This document shows positions 25,921-39,033 of a DNA stretch of 64,000 bases, in pieces. Positions within the stretch are counted from its first letter, which is position 1, and every line of letters starts with the position of its first letter. The notes beneath the pieces are model-generated. The model did no database searches. It saw nothing but the letters and a program-made list of their open reading frames with translations, and was not told the DNA's origin. Origin of the DNA: Moniliella sp. 'wahieum' (lineage: Eukaryota); contig RSEE01000067.1 in the NCBI GenBank assembly GCA_003971905.1, forward strand, positions 1-64,000, read 5' to 3'. The translations under genes were made by a program, and so were the position numbers.

Positions 25921-28900
25921 ATGCCTCCCCCTCGGTTTTGAATGCCTCGTCAACACCTCGTTTATCATCCGACGACCAGGCGCCTCCGCGCATCGCCGGT
26001 CCGCCTCCTATGTCGGACCTTCGCGCCATGTGCTGCTCTCCCCTTATCATCAGCCGACAGCCCACCATCCCCGCCGGTGCTCTCCCCCGTTGCTGGATCC
26101 CCCCCCGCACCCGCTCGACAATAAGACCTGCACCCCCGACAGTGACTCCCAACCTCGGATGTTGTTCCAATCAGTGAGTCGATCGTCTCTCCCCGGTCCC
26201 ACATTTCATCCCCGATTCGCCTAAACCCAGCTCCCGACCCCAGGGAGGGGTAACAACTTGCTTCCATTCCCGAAGCTGCGCCGGCACCGGCAAGACCAGA
26301 AACGGAGGAAACGCTCCGGCTCGGTCGGCACACTCTTGACCGCTTAACGTTTGGAAAGATAAGGGCAAAACGACAATAGCGACAAGCCTCATGCTGAGGT
26401 GGCATCCTCCCCCTGGCTGGGACGCCCGCCATCTCTTCTTCTCCCGTCCGGGAACCGAAGACGACACCGTTGTATGCCCACGAGTCGTCGTCGGCGACAA
26501 CAGTGGGCACCTTGGGTGTACCTTCGCTCGGTCCGCCTAGTCTTCGCCCCAGCTCGTCTGCTCACTCCCGGTTGGCAGGCGCAAGAAGGCAATCCCGACT
26601 CGCGCCATGCCCCATGCAGGCACACATTTCGTCGTCCGCCCAAGCATCGCCGCCCCCCCGGATGGCATCCTGTCCCATCTTGCTGCCTTGAGGCTGAGGG
26701 ATTCTGCTTCTCACTCTGCCCCCTCGTCCCCTGTCGCAGGGGACGGGAGACGCGTGGCTGCCCCACCAGCAGCTCGATCAGCAGCCCAGTCAACAACAAC
26801 CCAGCCAGCTGCCGTCCCCCGCAGCGGTGAGGATGACCAGTCTTTGTCGCTCGCTTCATGGGGACCCAGCACCGCCAGTCTACCCACGGTCGAGGGAAGC
26901 CCGCAGGCACAGCAAGGCGTATGGCTGATGGGTGTGTGGCATGGCCCCCCGGAGTCCCCTTGCCAACGCGATGGGATCCGCCACGGGAGATGATATTAGT
27001 ACCGACCAAACGGCCGACTCAGAGATCTTTTGCTCGCGCAGCCTGCCCTGGCCCATACCGGACCCACCAATGGATATACCCCGCCGCCCATCCAGGCGTC
27101 GACCACTTGGAAGGCCGATTTGCAACGCGACTTACCTCCCGAATCTGGTGTTCCTATCGAAACCATTTCCCTCCCATTGCCCGAGATGGGCAGATCAGCG
27201 AGGCGGCCAGTGCAGCGGCGGAGGTGGACCCGCGTGCCGGGGAGACTTCATCGGGGGCACGCCGGAGGAAACGGAAGAACCCGCCAACGGCGGCTGGGCC
27301 GACCGGTGGGGGGCGCCTGTAGCAGGCCTGTGGTCGCGTGCGGTGGCCGCGGCCCAGTCGGCGGGCTTGGGCGCGGAGGGATCACCACGGATGCCGGGTG
27401 GGGATGCATGTTGCGCACAGGCCAGTCTCTCTTGGCGAATACCTTGCTAACCGTTGCGTTGGGTAGGGACTGGCGTCGTCCGATGCGGCCACCATCGGTG
27501 GAGGACCAAGGGGCGGAAACGTATGCTGCCTACGTGCGCATCTTGGCTTCGTTCCTCGACAGCCCGTCGGGACGAGTGCCGTTTTCGGTGCATCGGTTTG
27601 CTCAACAAGGTGTTTCGCTGGGCAAATCACCTGGAGAATGGTTTGGCCCTTCGACAGCGGCCGGAGCCATTCTGCGGTGCGTTGCCGAGCCGCACCCGTA
27701 CCTTGTGCCCCCAGGAGATGATGGTTTGCCGCCCTTGGCTGTTGTGCTCGCCCATGACAGTACCGTGCATGCCCATCAAGTCATCACGGCTGGCACTGCG
27801 CCCGTCTGGCCCGTTCCGGGACACGACCCCTATGCTGTCCCCATCCCCTGTACCGTCCGGGGCCGGCGCACAACAGGCCCAGTCCGAGTCGGTGCCAGAA
27901 CCGTTTTGTCGCGCCGTGCTTATCTTGGCGGGTATGAGATTTGGACTGGAAAAGGTACACGAGTCGTACTACGATGATATCAAAGTACGTCCCCCCCCCT
28001 CCCCCACGACTACCCGAGATGGAGATGACCGGCTGCTGACCCTGTCTTACATGTAGGCACATTTACCTTCCCCCAAAGCGTAGGGATCGCCGGGGGGAAA
28101 CCTTCGTCATCCTATACTTTGTCGGACTGGACAGCAGCAATGACTCGCTCCTCTACCTTGACCCGCACCATGTTCGACCCGCGTGCCCTTCCGCCCGGGA
28201 GATGGGGATAGCTGGTTGTGTACGGCCTACACGCCGGCCCAGCTGGATAGTTATCATGGTACCAAAGTGCATCGGATGCCGCTCAAAATGATGGACCCGA
28301 GTATGTTGCTCGGCTTTGTTGTTCGTTCCCGGGCCGAGTGGGACGACCTCGTTCTCCGGCTTGCAGCGTTGCCCAAGCCCCTCCTTTCTATCAACTCTCA
28401 TCCACCACCAACCCCAGCTCAGATCAGCAGTCGGTTTCGCCCAGCTGGGCCGAAGACGATGGGGTGCAGTCCCTGTCCGACTCGAGTGATTTGGACGGCG
28501 CTGGCGAGGAGGAGGACGAGGACGAGGGAGTAGCCTTGGGGGCGCACCTTACTGTGGCCAATGAAGCTGGGGCAGAGCAAGCCACGGCGGAAGACATGCC
28601 ACGCTCGACGACGGAACAAACCATTTGTGCAGCTCCTCGCACCGTGGCGCAACGTGAGGGGGGGAGAGCGACAGTGACGAGACCGAGGCTGAGGGTGTTT
28701 TGGTTGCTTGCCCTGAAATTCCAATGACTGCTCCTTCCCATCTTGTCACGGACTCTCAAGGACCGCTCCCCTTCCCGCGTAAGGTATCTTTACCTCCTCC
28801 AGCGTCCCCTGCCTCATCAGGGGAAAAGATTATCCCCCGTGACGCCCATGCCAGGTCGGATCGGAGATCATCCCCCCTTCTGCGCCAGCCGCTTCGACAC

Positions 28901-30058
28901 GAAGTGGACGGATATCGGCACCAACTGAAGAGTGTGAAGCGTATGCGGCCGAAACCGCATCGTTCGACACCCCTTCTTCGCCCATTCACCCCATGGCGTT
29001 GCAGACTTCACCGTCGGCTATGGACGCTACTGCTGTGGCAGCCCGAGCCGCTGCGGCGACCCACGAAGCCGACGGGCAGTTCCCTTGCGTGGCAAGCCTT
29101 CCCCTGATGCTGCCTCCCTCCCTCGCGCGTGTCGAACGCCAGTCCTTGTGACGCAGCCGACCTGCCAACGCGACAGCGCAGGCAGGCCCACTCGTTTGAT
29201 CCTTCGTCGTTGAACAGTGCTCCTGCTCGCCCGGCCGCCTTCCCCGCCACGGGTCAGGAACTTGCTTCTTCCCCTCAGGTCTTATTCCCCACCTCGACCC
29301 AGTCTCCTGCACGTTCACCTCCGCTTTCGTCCCCTCTACCGTCTCCTCCGTTTTGTCCTCGCCTCCCTCGCCCACGCCGGCACGCCAACCCGATGGCTAC
29401 TGGCATGTGCCGGCGCCGTCGGACGCAGAACCGCTGTTTGAACCCGACAGTACCGAGCCTGTTCTGGTGCAGCGCCCAGCGTATGCGTCGAGCTTTGATT
29501 ATTTGATCCCAGAGCCACCGGCCGTCCTGTGGGGGACGCCGAAGCTGAGGACTCCATTGTAGGGTCCTGGCCGCCGGAGGAACTGCTGGGCCAGCAAGAC
29601 GGGGAAGGTGAGTCAGGGATCCAACATGGTGTGAGCACAATGGCCATCAGTGGCCATTCCGTCTCTCCTTCTCTTCCTTGTCCTCCTCTCTCCCCGTCCC
29701 CACTGCGGGCTCTGCCTTGCCACCCGGCACCGGTACCGGCACCCTACCACCGCCATGCTGCCGGTACCCTTGCCGCCATCCAACTTGGACGCGGCGGTGC
29801 CGGAGCCGGAGCCGATTGCCCATCCCGCTAGCTCATGCTCGTCCTTGCCTCCCTTAGCCCGATGCGCCCGATGCGCCCGATGCGCCCGATGCACTCAATT
29901 CGAGCCTGCTCGCCCCCGCCCCATCCCCCTTCCCTTGCCAGCACGCACAACCAGACGTCCCCCCTCTCGAAGGCGGATCGTGGGACTATGTGGCGCCGTC
30001 GTCGTTGCCGTTGCCCTTGGCCACTCGACCCGAACGCTGATCCCCTTCTTGCCCGTAG
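25921..30058 (+). CDS. ATG4: Autophagy cysteine protease Atg4 (peptidase C54) with long low-complexity N- and C-terminal extensions; intron 27985-28056
   Basis: Contains SRIWCSYRNHFPPI, TDAGWGCMLRTGQSLLAN (catalytic Cys), PFSVHRFA, GEWFGPS, PQSVGIAGGKPSSS, YLDPH (catalytic Asp/His) and MDPSMLLGF. Both ends are approximate. Confidence 0.93.
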
Positions 30059-30081
30059 GGAGGGGCGTTTGTCTGTACCTG

Positions 30082-30182
30082 TTCCATTCCCCTTTTCATT
30101 CCCATTCCCATTCTCATTCCCGTTCCCATTTCCATGTCCATGCCCACGCCCATGCCCATGCCATTCCCATTCTCATTCATTC
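30082..30182. repeat. Degenerate (CCCATT/CCCATG)n hexamer tract between convergent ATG4 and kinase genes
   Basis: About 16 imperfect CAT-containing hexamers are visible directly. Confidence 0.85.
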
Positions 30183-31051
30183 TATGTTGTGCCCTGCCCC
30201 TCGCCCCGCGTGCTTGCGCATCTGGGGTATCATGAATTTTGCTTGTCTGGTTTCCACCTCTGTACCTGGCGATGGGATCAAGTGTACCCCCCTCCTCGGT
30301 GTGCAGTCCATAGAACAAGTGACGCGCCGCTGGTCTCCTTTTGGCAAGAACAAGTGCGATGGTCCAATGGGGCGGGTTCAGATCGCACCTCGGTCCAGCA
30401 GAGCTAGGGTCGAGAAGGAGACCAAGGAGAGCGACAGCTCTGGGTTTGCCGAGTCTGTTGGAAGGGCGGAAGGGGGGTGAGGCGCACATTGCGTGTGACA
30501 CTTGTTCCAACGACCCGCGTGTGTGGTCCCGTCGAGCAAAACCAACGCGCGCGCACTAAGGCGAGCTTCTAGTACGACACCGTCAATCAGGCACCATCCC
30601 TCGTGCGATGTTACCTTGCGCCATGGCCAAAATACAGGTATGGAGCTGGGAGCAACAGCGCCACCGATCGCACCGCACCATTTGGGCCCGACCCAGAGTT
30701 CCGCGGCCAGGACACCACGGCGCGATACCAGCGGCCGAGTGCTGGGTGCCCGCAGCTGCCTTTCCCTCTCTCCACCCAGCTGCAACCAACTGCCCAAGCG
30801 GCGGCTGCACTCATGGCCAGACGGGGTTAGCATTACAGCGAGTGAACTACCGAAGAGACGAGGACCTCAACAACGGAGGCGCGATCCACACTGGCACGGC
30901 ATCAACCCATCTTGCGTACCAGGACGACAACAAGGCCGAAGATCGAGACGCGCTCGGTTCCACTCGGTGCAGCGGTCCATCGGGCCGGCCCACAAGAGCG
31001 CCCAAGGCGATACGGCGTCGGCTTGGTCGCGTCCATCCGTGCATTAACTCT

Positions 31052-32888
31052 TCACACATATGATTTGGTAACCCCTCCTTCGTCCACCTGGCTTCCACCT
31101 TCACCTTCATCAGCCAGGGCCATCGGTTGCCTCGCACCCCAAAGATGGTGTCGAAATGAGGGTCTACACCTGGATATTACAGGGTAAGCCAAGTTTCCAG
31201 GGCGGGGGGAATGAGAATTAGTGAAAGTTGCTCGGGCCTGGCCGGCGGGAGGAGGGAGGTAGGGTGCACCGACGTTCGGTCTGGGGGGCAAGTTGGGGTT
31301 GGGGGGCAAAGAAGAACGTTGCCGTGCAGCATTGACGGGTCCGGGAGGACCGAAGCGGGATGGGGCTGGCTGAACGGGCGGAAGGATGGGCTGTGGGATG
31401 GGCACGGGGCGGGCAGCAATCCGTTTGCGATCAAGTTCCTTTTTGGCTTGGGTACTGCGGTAGGGAAGCTGGCTCAGCGGGAAGGGGGGTAGACCAAAGC
31501 CAGTCATGATCCAGCGCTTGGCTGGCCGGGGTACGCAACGCCGGGTTGAGCTGCAAGAGCCCATCAATCAAATCGGCCGCTTGGGCAGGAATCTGAACTG
31601 GTCCATCAAACGTGAGCCAGCGGCGAAGAATGCGTGGGTGCGAACCAAAGTCAAGTTGGCCGCCCGGTAGGTCCGCATCCTCGATCCGCCCTGTTGCGTC
31701 CGCATTGCGCACACCGGGCAGCGCATTCCATCCTGGAATCGAGTGTTCGTTGGGCGAACCACAGAGATGGGCAATGACCTCGAGTTGGTTTATCTCGGTG
31801 TTGCCCGTAAACAAGGGGCGGCGCAAAAACATTTCCGCCAAGATACAGCCCACTCCCCACAGGTCCACCTCGGGCCCATAAAAACGATTCCTGCCAACAG
31901 CTCAGGAGGGGGGGTACCAGCGGGTGACGACAGTGCCCGTATATCCACCCGATCCTGGCCCACAAACGCAGGGTTGTGGAGCGCACGCGCCAAGCCAAAG
32001 TCGGCGATTTGAAGGTGGCCAGTATTGCTGATGAGCGTTGGCACTCTTGATGTCTCGATGGACAATCGCGTTCGAGTGAAGGAACGCAACACCCTCGAGA
32101 AACGTTTGATGTAGAGCTTGATTTGTGGCACAGAAAAGCTCACGGCGCCCAGGAGCCCGGCCAAATCATGGTCCATGTAAGGCTCTACCATGTAGATCTC
32201 ACCCGTATCGTCTTTGGCCGCTTGGCTGGTAATGGCGGAAGCAGGCCGGGGAGCATACACCATGTCGACAATGGGCACGATGGAAGGATGCCGCAGGCAC
32301 TTGAGAAACTTGATCTCCCGCACCGAGGTAAGTGCAAGCCCGTCCTTGGCGTCGTGCACAGTAAGCTTTTGAGCGCCACTGCCTGGCCGTGACGCGGTGC
32401 CGGCCCGCACCAAACCCCAAAACGTACCCTCTCCAAGCGTGTCGGACAAGTCGTAGTGCGCCAGCGAGCTGCATCCTTCCACAGGGACTGTCGGTGGATC
32501 GAGTCCGGCAGCTGCTGCATCGGCCTTACGCCGCTGGCGCCAGGCCAGAGCTGCTTCTCGCTTCTGGCGACGCAGAGCAATCTCGGCATCGACAGCAGCA
32601 CGGTCGGAAACATCCGCCCGGGACAGGCAGAATGAGACCATGGTTTCGGCCCACTCCTTGGCCAGTTCAGGAGCGTATCCAGGCATGGATGGCCGTCGGG
32701 GGAGAGGAGACTGGAGGGGGCGAGGAGACACTGGAGGGGCGAGGGCAGAGTTGGGATGGGCGGACGAGTGGATGGTTCGGCGAGGGACCCGGTGCGGAAT
32801 CGGGGGAGGGGCAGGAGAGAGCTCGCGAATACGCTTCGGCGAGGGGCCGTCGGCGGGTGGCGTCGGGGCCGCTTAGCCGGGACGACAT
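31052..32888 (-). CDS. BUR1: Cyclin-dependent CTD kinase, Bur1/Sgv1/Cdk9-like; frameshifted
   Basis: Contains LGEGTF, KDGLALTSVREIKFLK.LRHP, YMVEPYMDHDLAGLL, ADFGLAR, PPELL, DLWGVGCILAEMF..RPLFTG and ALDHDW. Start and end are approximate. Confidence 0.8.
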
Positions 32889-33290
32889 GGGGAGCAGTGG
32901 TGGTGGTGGCCGGCGGCAGCACTTGCACGCTGCTGCAACGTTCAACGTTCATCACGTTCAACTCCATCAACTTTTACAACTTTTAACCAGACCGCCGGGC
33001 CGGTAGATGGCAGTCGGTGTCCACTCGCAAGTTGGCGGAACCACCACATATTCCGCTCCGCCCCTACCAATGTGATGAAATGTGATGCATGTGATGAGTC
33101 CGGACGGAAGTACCCGTCGATTTAATTGCGCCCTCTGGGCAGCCCCTGTGCAGCGCTCCATTTAATAATTTCCCTAGCAGTAGCTCAGTGTAGCTAACCC
33201 TGTCGCCTGGCCGCCCAACGTCTCAGCCTGTCGCGCAGGTCGTGGCCTTGCCACCCGGGCGGGCTAAGCTTCTGACCCATCGTCAACAAG

Positions 33291-33463
33291 GTGAGTCTTG
33301 ACCCCGAGTCCTATGCGCATGGAGGACGGGAACGCCCGCTATCTGCAGACGCCACCACGATTTGGAAGCGGGTGTTTGCATGCTCTGGTGTATCGCATTG
33401 GCTATGCCAAAGTGGCACTGGATGGAGCGGTACGTGTACTAACTAAGCTGCGCCTGTTTGTAG
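33291..33463 (+). other. 5'-UTR intron of RPL42
   Basis: GTGAGT donor at 33291, perfect TACTAAC branch point at 33437-33443, and TAG acceptor at 33463, 10 nt before the ATG. Confidence 0.8.
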
Positions 33464-33473
33464 GTTTTGCGAG

Positions 33474-33851
33474 ATGGTCAACGTTCCCAAGACTCGCCGC
33501 ACCTACTGCAAGGGTAAGGACTGCAAGAAGCACACGTGAGTATATCAACCTGAACAGTGATGTGGTTGGAGACTAATTATCTGGACCGACCAGCCCCCAC
33601 AAGGTGACCCAGTACAAGACGGGCAAGGCCTCGCTTTACGCCCAGGGTAAGCGTCGTTACGACCGGAAGCAGAAGGGTTACGGTGGTCAGACCAAGCCCG
33701 TCTTCCACAAGAGGCCAAGACGACCAAGAAGGTTGTGCTGCGTCTCGAGTGCTCTGCGTGCAAGTACCGCTCGCACGTCGCTCTGAAGCGCTGCAAGCAC
33801 TTCGAGCTTGGCGGTGACAAGAAGCAGAAGGGTGCTGCGCTGTCGTTCTAA
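33474..33851 (+). CDS. RPL42: 60S ribosomal protein eL42 (L44/L41/L36a); intron 33536-33593; one 1-nt deletion near 33711
   Basis: Reconstructs as [60 protein letters not shown][K][45 protein letters not shown]. Confidence 0.98.
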
Positions 33852-34995
33852 AGTGCCCGGGGAACTCCTTTGTTGTCTCGTGTATTTTTGTTGTCAACTG
33901 CCTAGGGCATTCATTCTCTCTGACTCGCACTTTGCCGGGAGGCCCCGAATTGGTCGGCATGGGTGGAACGAGGCTCCCCTCTAGTATGCTGCAGCCCTCT
34001 CGTTGCTATATGACCACTGAAAAAGAATGCACCACGCATCCCCATCCCCACCCCTCCTTTCACCAGGCTGGATGCTAGAAGAATCCCACGTACAGGTCAG
34101 ACACATACCGGAACTGCCAGAAGGGTACTTACATAGCCAAGCTCAGCCAACCGGCTCCCACTCTTTCGTTCGAATCTGGCCTAAACGGAACATGGTTCTG
34201 ATCCGGCACTTCGGAATCCAGTACTGGTACCGCTGACTTGGGTGTTTTGAACATCAGGGCTGGCAAAGCTCGAGCGTGGAAGAAGGGTGTGAGCTAAGTG
34301 TCCAGTGCGTGTCCGACACAGGAGGCGACTCGCTCAATGAAAACTGCTACAGCAGGAAACATCCACTGATGGCAAGGAAGTATTGGAGGTACCGCCAGAG
34401 GTGTTCGGGTGTGCGGTGTCCGAACAGATAATGTGAAGATGTCCAACAGTGGGAAAAGCTGCGTCAGATACATGTGCAGTGAGTGATGTGATGGGCTTGC
34501 TGATGCAGCTGTGCATGCTGTAGTGTAGTCCAGACGGCTTCCAAAAGCAGTGCTCCCCCCGGGGTTTGAACACTGTCGCTTATCTCGACGGAGGCCACAA
34601 AAGGCGTAAGAGATTTCTGGCAGGGTATCGAGACCGATTGCGCAAGGCGAGCGGGCACAGGCCCCTTCCAACGTCGATACGGTCGAAGCATTGCAGGAGC
34701 GATAAGTACGAAGTGAGAGGTGAGTCGCCGGCTTAATACGTTCTCAGAAGCACCGATGGGATCTATTAGTAGCGTCCGCGAAGATAATGCACCACAGCAG
34801 GCGCATCACAGCATTGGTCTCATAGGATGGCCACACAGGGTTGATGACAAGGAACTCAGGATGCTGGCCACTGCCGCTGTGGTTAGTTGGTGGAAGTGCT
34901 CACAGGCCCCTCAGGTCATTCATGCCGACGGTGGAGGGGCGATGGTTATGATGTCACACAAAAGGAGGAATCGGAGGACGCAAGCAAAAAAGAAA

Positions 34996-35103
34996 CGACA
35001 CCTGTGAGATTCGAACTCACGCCCTCAGAGAGGATTCGCTGGCCCTTGAAGCAAGGTGCTCGTGTATAGCAGGCGAACGGGGTAACCACTGCCCTAAAGT
35101 GTC
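34996..35103 (-). tRNA. tRNA-Ser(GCT) with ~26-nt intron (35041-35066)
   Basis: Acceptor stem GACACTT/AGGTGTC with discriminator G. Anticodon stem TTCGC/GCGAA around CT-GCT-A. Long variable arm, T-arm GTGAG-TTCGAAT-CTCAC, and a T-run terminator downstream. Confidence 0.93.
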
Positions 35104-36220
35104 GGCTGCTGCAAGTGAAACGCTCGCCTCAGATGGAGTGACTAGTGTGGTGGGTGAGGCCGTGAAGCCCTGAGCGAAGCTGGACTGGTGCAGTGCTAGA
35201 GATCGGCAGAAATGGGTGACGCGAGTCATGCAGGTGGGCAAGTGTGGCGCTGTGGGGCGGAAGCTTAAATGACAGTCTCATCCGCCGCAGAGCAGCTCCG
35301 GCGGGGCTCTGGCGCAATCTGGCGCGCAGGGGAGCATGTGCCTGCAGCTGCAGGAGCGCATGAGTGCATGAGCGCAGGAGCATGGCTGCGCGGCGCACAA
35401 GGGCGCACATGCCATGGCTCGGTGGCTGGGCGATGCCAGCCAAGCAAGATGCGGGCGGGCAACGCAGTTCCCTGGCCACCCAGCGCCGTGGCCATCGCCT
35501 GCTGACGGGCGTGGCATCTAAAGAACCGCTGGCGCGGGATGTGGATCCTCTATTATTAGATCTGACTCTGACGGCCGGCCAAACGCGAGCAGGCCACGCC
35601 GACTGGCTCCCACAGCATGGCATGTGTGCGAAGAAGCATGCACATGGCCGCAGAACCGCTTGGGTAGCATGTTCACCGTTCGCCGTCTGTTCGACGCAGG
35701 GGGGAAACGAACTAGTACCTATTAAATGGGTGACCTCGTGGCCGGAGCGGCGCCAGGCACGGTGGGCGCAGGCGGGGCTCACTGGGGTGAGACACTGCGC
35801 CCCTGTGCGGCGTGTGTTGGTGGTGGGCAGGGGTGGGTGGGCGTTGGCCGCGCTGCAGGGCGTGCTGCTGCGCCGGGGCGGCTGGGCAGACGGCGCAAGC
35901 GCAGCGCACGGGAGGGCGTTGCAGCTGGCAGCGTTAGGACGACCCGCAGGCAGGGGACCAAGCGGGGCGCTGCTGGCGCGCAGACAGGCATGCTCCGTGC
36001 AGCCGAGGCGCATTCGAGCGCCGCCTGCAGCTGCCTCCGCTGCACCACCCCTGCATCTGCTGCCCCCCACGCGCCACGGCAGCCGCTGTGCCGTGCTTGC
36101 TGCCCATGCCTGCTTGTGCCGCACGCGGCCCAGGACGCAGCCGCGGCGGCCTGGCCGTGTCCGCTGCGTCTCCGCCCCGCTCCCACCCGCCCCCCCACCC
36201 CCCCTTCGCGCCCCGCCCCC

Positions 36221-38350
36221 ATCGTGTCCCCAGCGGGCGCGCGGACGAGCGTGAGCCTGCTGCGCGTGTGCTCCCCACCCCGCCGCCCTCGCCCTCGCCT
36301 GGCCCTCCGCCATGCCGCCCTCGCCGCCGCCACCAGCATCTCCCCCGCCGCTGCTGCTCCCTCTGCCTCTGCCTCTGCCTCCGCCTCCGCTGCGGCGTCG
36401 GCCACCGGCCCTGAGCCCGCCGCCAGTGCCCAGCAGCACCACGCCGCCGTCGACTCATACCGCGCCCACTACCGCCACGTCTTGCCTTCCTACTACTTCT
36501 ATCTCGGCCTGTTGTCAGCTGACGATCAAGTCCGCCTCACCGGCCATATTGCTGCCCTCCACTCCCACGTTGAGCCGGTCTTGGCCAGCCCGTGCACCCA
36601 CCTCATCGTGCCATCTGCCAGCGCCGTTGCCACACCAGCCCGCCCCGTTTCCCCTTCCGTCCCCCCCCCCGAAGTACCCGAACTCCCACCTCGCTCACGT
36701 TGACCCCAATCGTGCTCGTACCCCGACCATGCCTACCAACGACGGCAGTGGTCACCAGTCCAAGGACGCCACCACAGCCGAAGTGGTCGCCCAGGCCAGC
36801 CGATGGGCGTGCGGGTATGGACACGCGAGAGTACGTAGCCCCCTCGGCCCCATATGCTTGACCGCCGGTGATCTGACGCGGCCCATATGGCTGCTGGCTG
36901 ACCTTGCTTTTTCTGATGGCTTCAGAGCTCATCCGGATCATTAGCATCTTTGATGTCAATGGTGCAGCCCACGACTACGCCCCGCCCCCTGCCACCTTGC
37001 CCCCGTAGCAACCACCGTCACCACCACAGCAACAGCCACGCGCAGTGCCACCCGCAAGACCAGTAGCCACAATCTCCGTGCTGCGGGCAATGGTCTGCAA
37101 GACCTACGCACTCTGTTGGCTGCTGAGCGGATAGGTGGAGGTACAGGAGCCACGTCCGCCGCCCCCTATCTGTCTCGCCCAATAACAACCGGGCCGAGTA
37201 CAACATGGTCGCCGCCACACCCATTCCGGGCTCAGTAACCCATTCGCACGGGTACGAGTACCGCTATGATGCCAAGTCTGGCCAATACCTATTGGCGGGA
37301 ACGTATGCGCCCCTCAGTAGCCCTGGCTACGCGTACCTTTGGTTGAGGACGCTACCCAGACCCACCGTCCAATTTACATGGAGGTCTTCCAGTATCCCAA
37401 AGAGCCCGACGAACTTCCACCCTGGCCCGTACTTTACAACGATGGCGAAGGTCGCTGCCCCTTCTCCGCCCCGTCCACCTCGCGTAGGCATACAACGCCC
37501 TCTGCCAATGCGACCCAGTCGCTGCGGGTCGTACTGGACGAGTATACCGACCGGCACCTGACACCATGGCCCGTTTTGGTCCTCGCGGCTCGCTTTCCTC
37601 GTACCTCTCCTTGGACCCCCTGGATCCCAACAGTGCAGCTGCACCTCCGGCTAGCATGGCCACCCCTGCTGGCATGGTAGGACGGCATCGACACGATCGC
37701 CTACACCCTAGCCGAGGACCCGCCTGGCATGCTCGCGCCGCCTTCAGGGTTTAGTACGGGTATTGCAGCCTTGACGGAGCGGTCGGCTTCCCAGCTTTCG
37801 ATCCGCTGAACCAAATGCGATCAACCTCGACCGTTGTCGGTGAGCCGGGCAGTGCGGGGCGCGACAAGAGCACCAGCACTTGTCTGCTCGACCCACAAAT
37901 GGCGGCCCTTCACAAACGGCGCTCGTCCCTTCCCTATGGGCAACCAAACTCCCAACGGCCGTGCGTGCGTTCATGGCCCAACGTGCCATGGGACCCCAGC
38001 CGCCGCCGACCCCGCGCAAACGAGCACGAGACAAGAAGCCGGGTACTGTGAAAACTGCCGAACCAAGTTTGATGATCTCGAGGACATGTTGGCTCACGCC
38101 GGCATGTTCGCTTTGCTCGAAACGACGAGAACTTTGCTGCGTTGGATGTGCTGCTGGACTCGGTTGCTCGGATTCCGCTCGACGAGGGGCGACACAGCTC
38201 CCTGTCCTCCCATCCCCCTCTGTTTCCGTAGCGGCTGAGGATAAAAATGCAGCAGTGTGGTGTGCACTCGCCTCTCCAGCTTTCCATCGGGGTGCCGAAC
38301 TTTGTTTTACGATCCGCATTGTATGGGGATGGAATCGCTCCTGGACATGA
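36221..38350 (+). CDS. DBF4: Dbf4/Dfp1 regulatory subunit of Cdc7 (DDK); frameshifted, ends approximate
   Basis: Motif N is YFYL...HVEPVLASPCTHLIV. Motif M is YLLVEDATQTHRPI...WPVLY...GRCPF. Motif C zinc finger is KKPGYCENCRTKFDDLED[H]VGSRRHVRFARNDENFAALD, restored across indels. Confidence 0.9.
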
Positions 38351-39033
38351 CGTGTATGCTTTCATCCCCTTCCCCCGCTTTTCCCACCGTTGGTATACCC
38401 CACCTAGACACCCTTACCCCTACATCGTTTGTCTTTTCTCCAACTCTCACCTCGTTGAGCCATATATCTTTCCCACATTCCTGTCTGTTGTCATGTCCTG
38501 AGTCCCCGGATGGCTTGCTTTCCCGGGGCCTCGCCGAAAATTCCCCCTTGGGTCCACTATCACCTTTTATCTCTCCTGTTTCTCCCCATCTCTCCCTTTG
38601 ACCTCCCTCTCACGTCTCACGTCGATCAAATCTTTCCTGAAGGTTCCCCACCCTTGGACCCATTTTGTTTTTGCTATTGGCACTCCCCCGCCCATCGCAC
38701 CCCCACCCTTCCCTCCTCTCCCTCCCTCCCTCCTTCTCTTCCTCCTTCCCCCCTTCAGCCTGCTTGCGGTGGGCTGTTGTGGGCCGAGTGGGAAGGAATG
38801 CGGACCGTGGCTGGGAATGCCACAGTGTGGTTACGAGAAGAGGTGCCAACGAAGCGTATAGGGGGCACAATGGAACGTGTACCATCCCACGACGGGGGGG
38901 AGTGGGGAATGCAGAGGAAGAAAGAAGGACTAGAGTAGCACGCTCTACCAGGTACCGCTAAACGACACGACACTCTCCGCCTGGGCAAGGCATCATCTCG
39001 CGGCGCGTCACGCCCGTTTTGCGCCAAAAAGGT

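Noticed and set aside
33071..33275. Possible box C/D snoRNA (GTGATGA...CTGA) or telomerase-template-like CTAACCCT upstream of RPL42
   Set aside because: No terminal stem or rRNA-antisense guide was seen. CTAACCCT is followed by G and does not form a 1.5-repeat template.
34027..34990. Possible small gene between RPL42 and tRNA-Ser (GTGAGT donors at 34479 and 34720)
   Set aside because: I could not build a coherent spliced ORF or recognise any motif.
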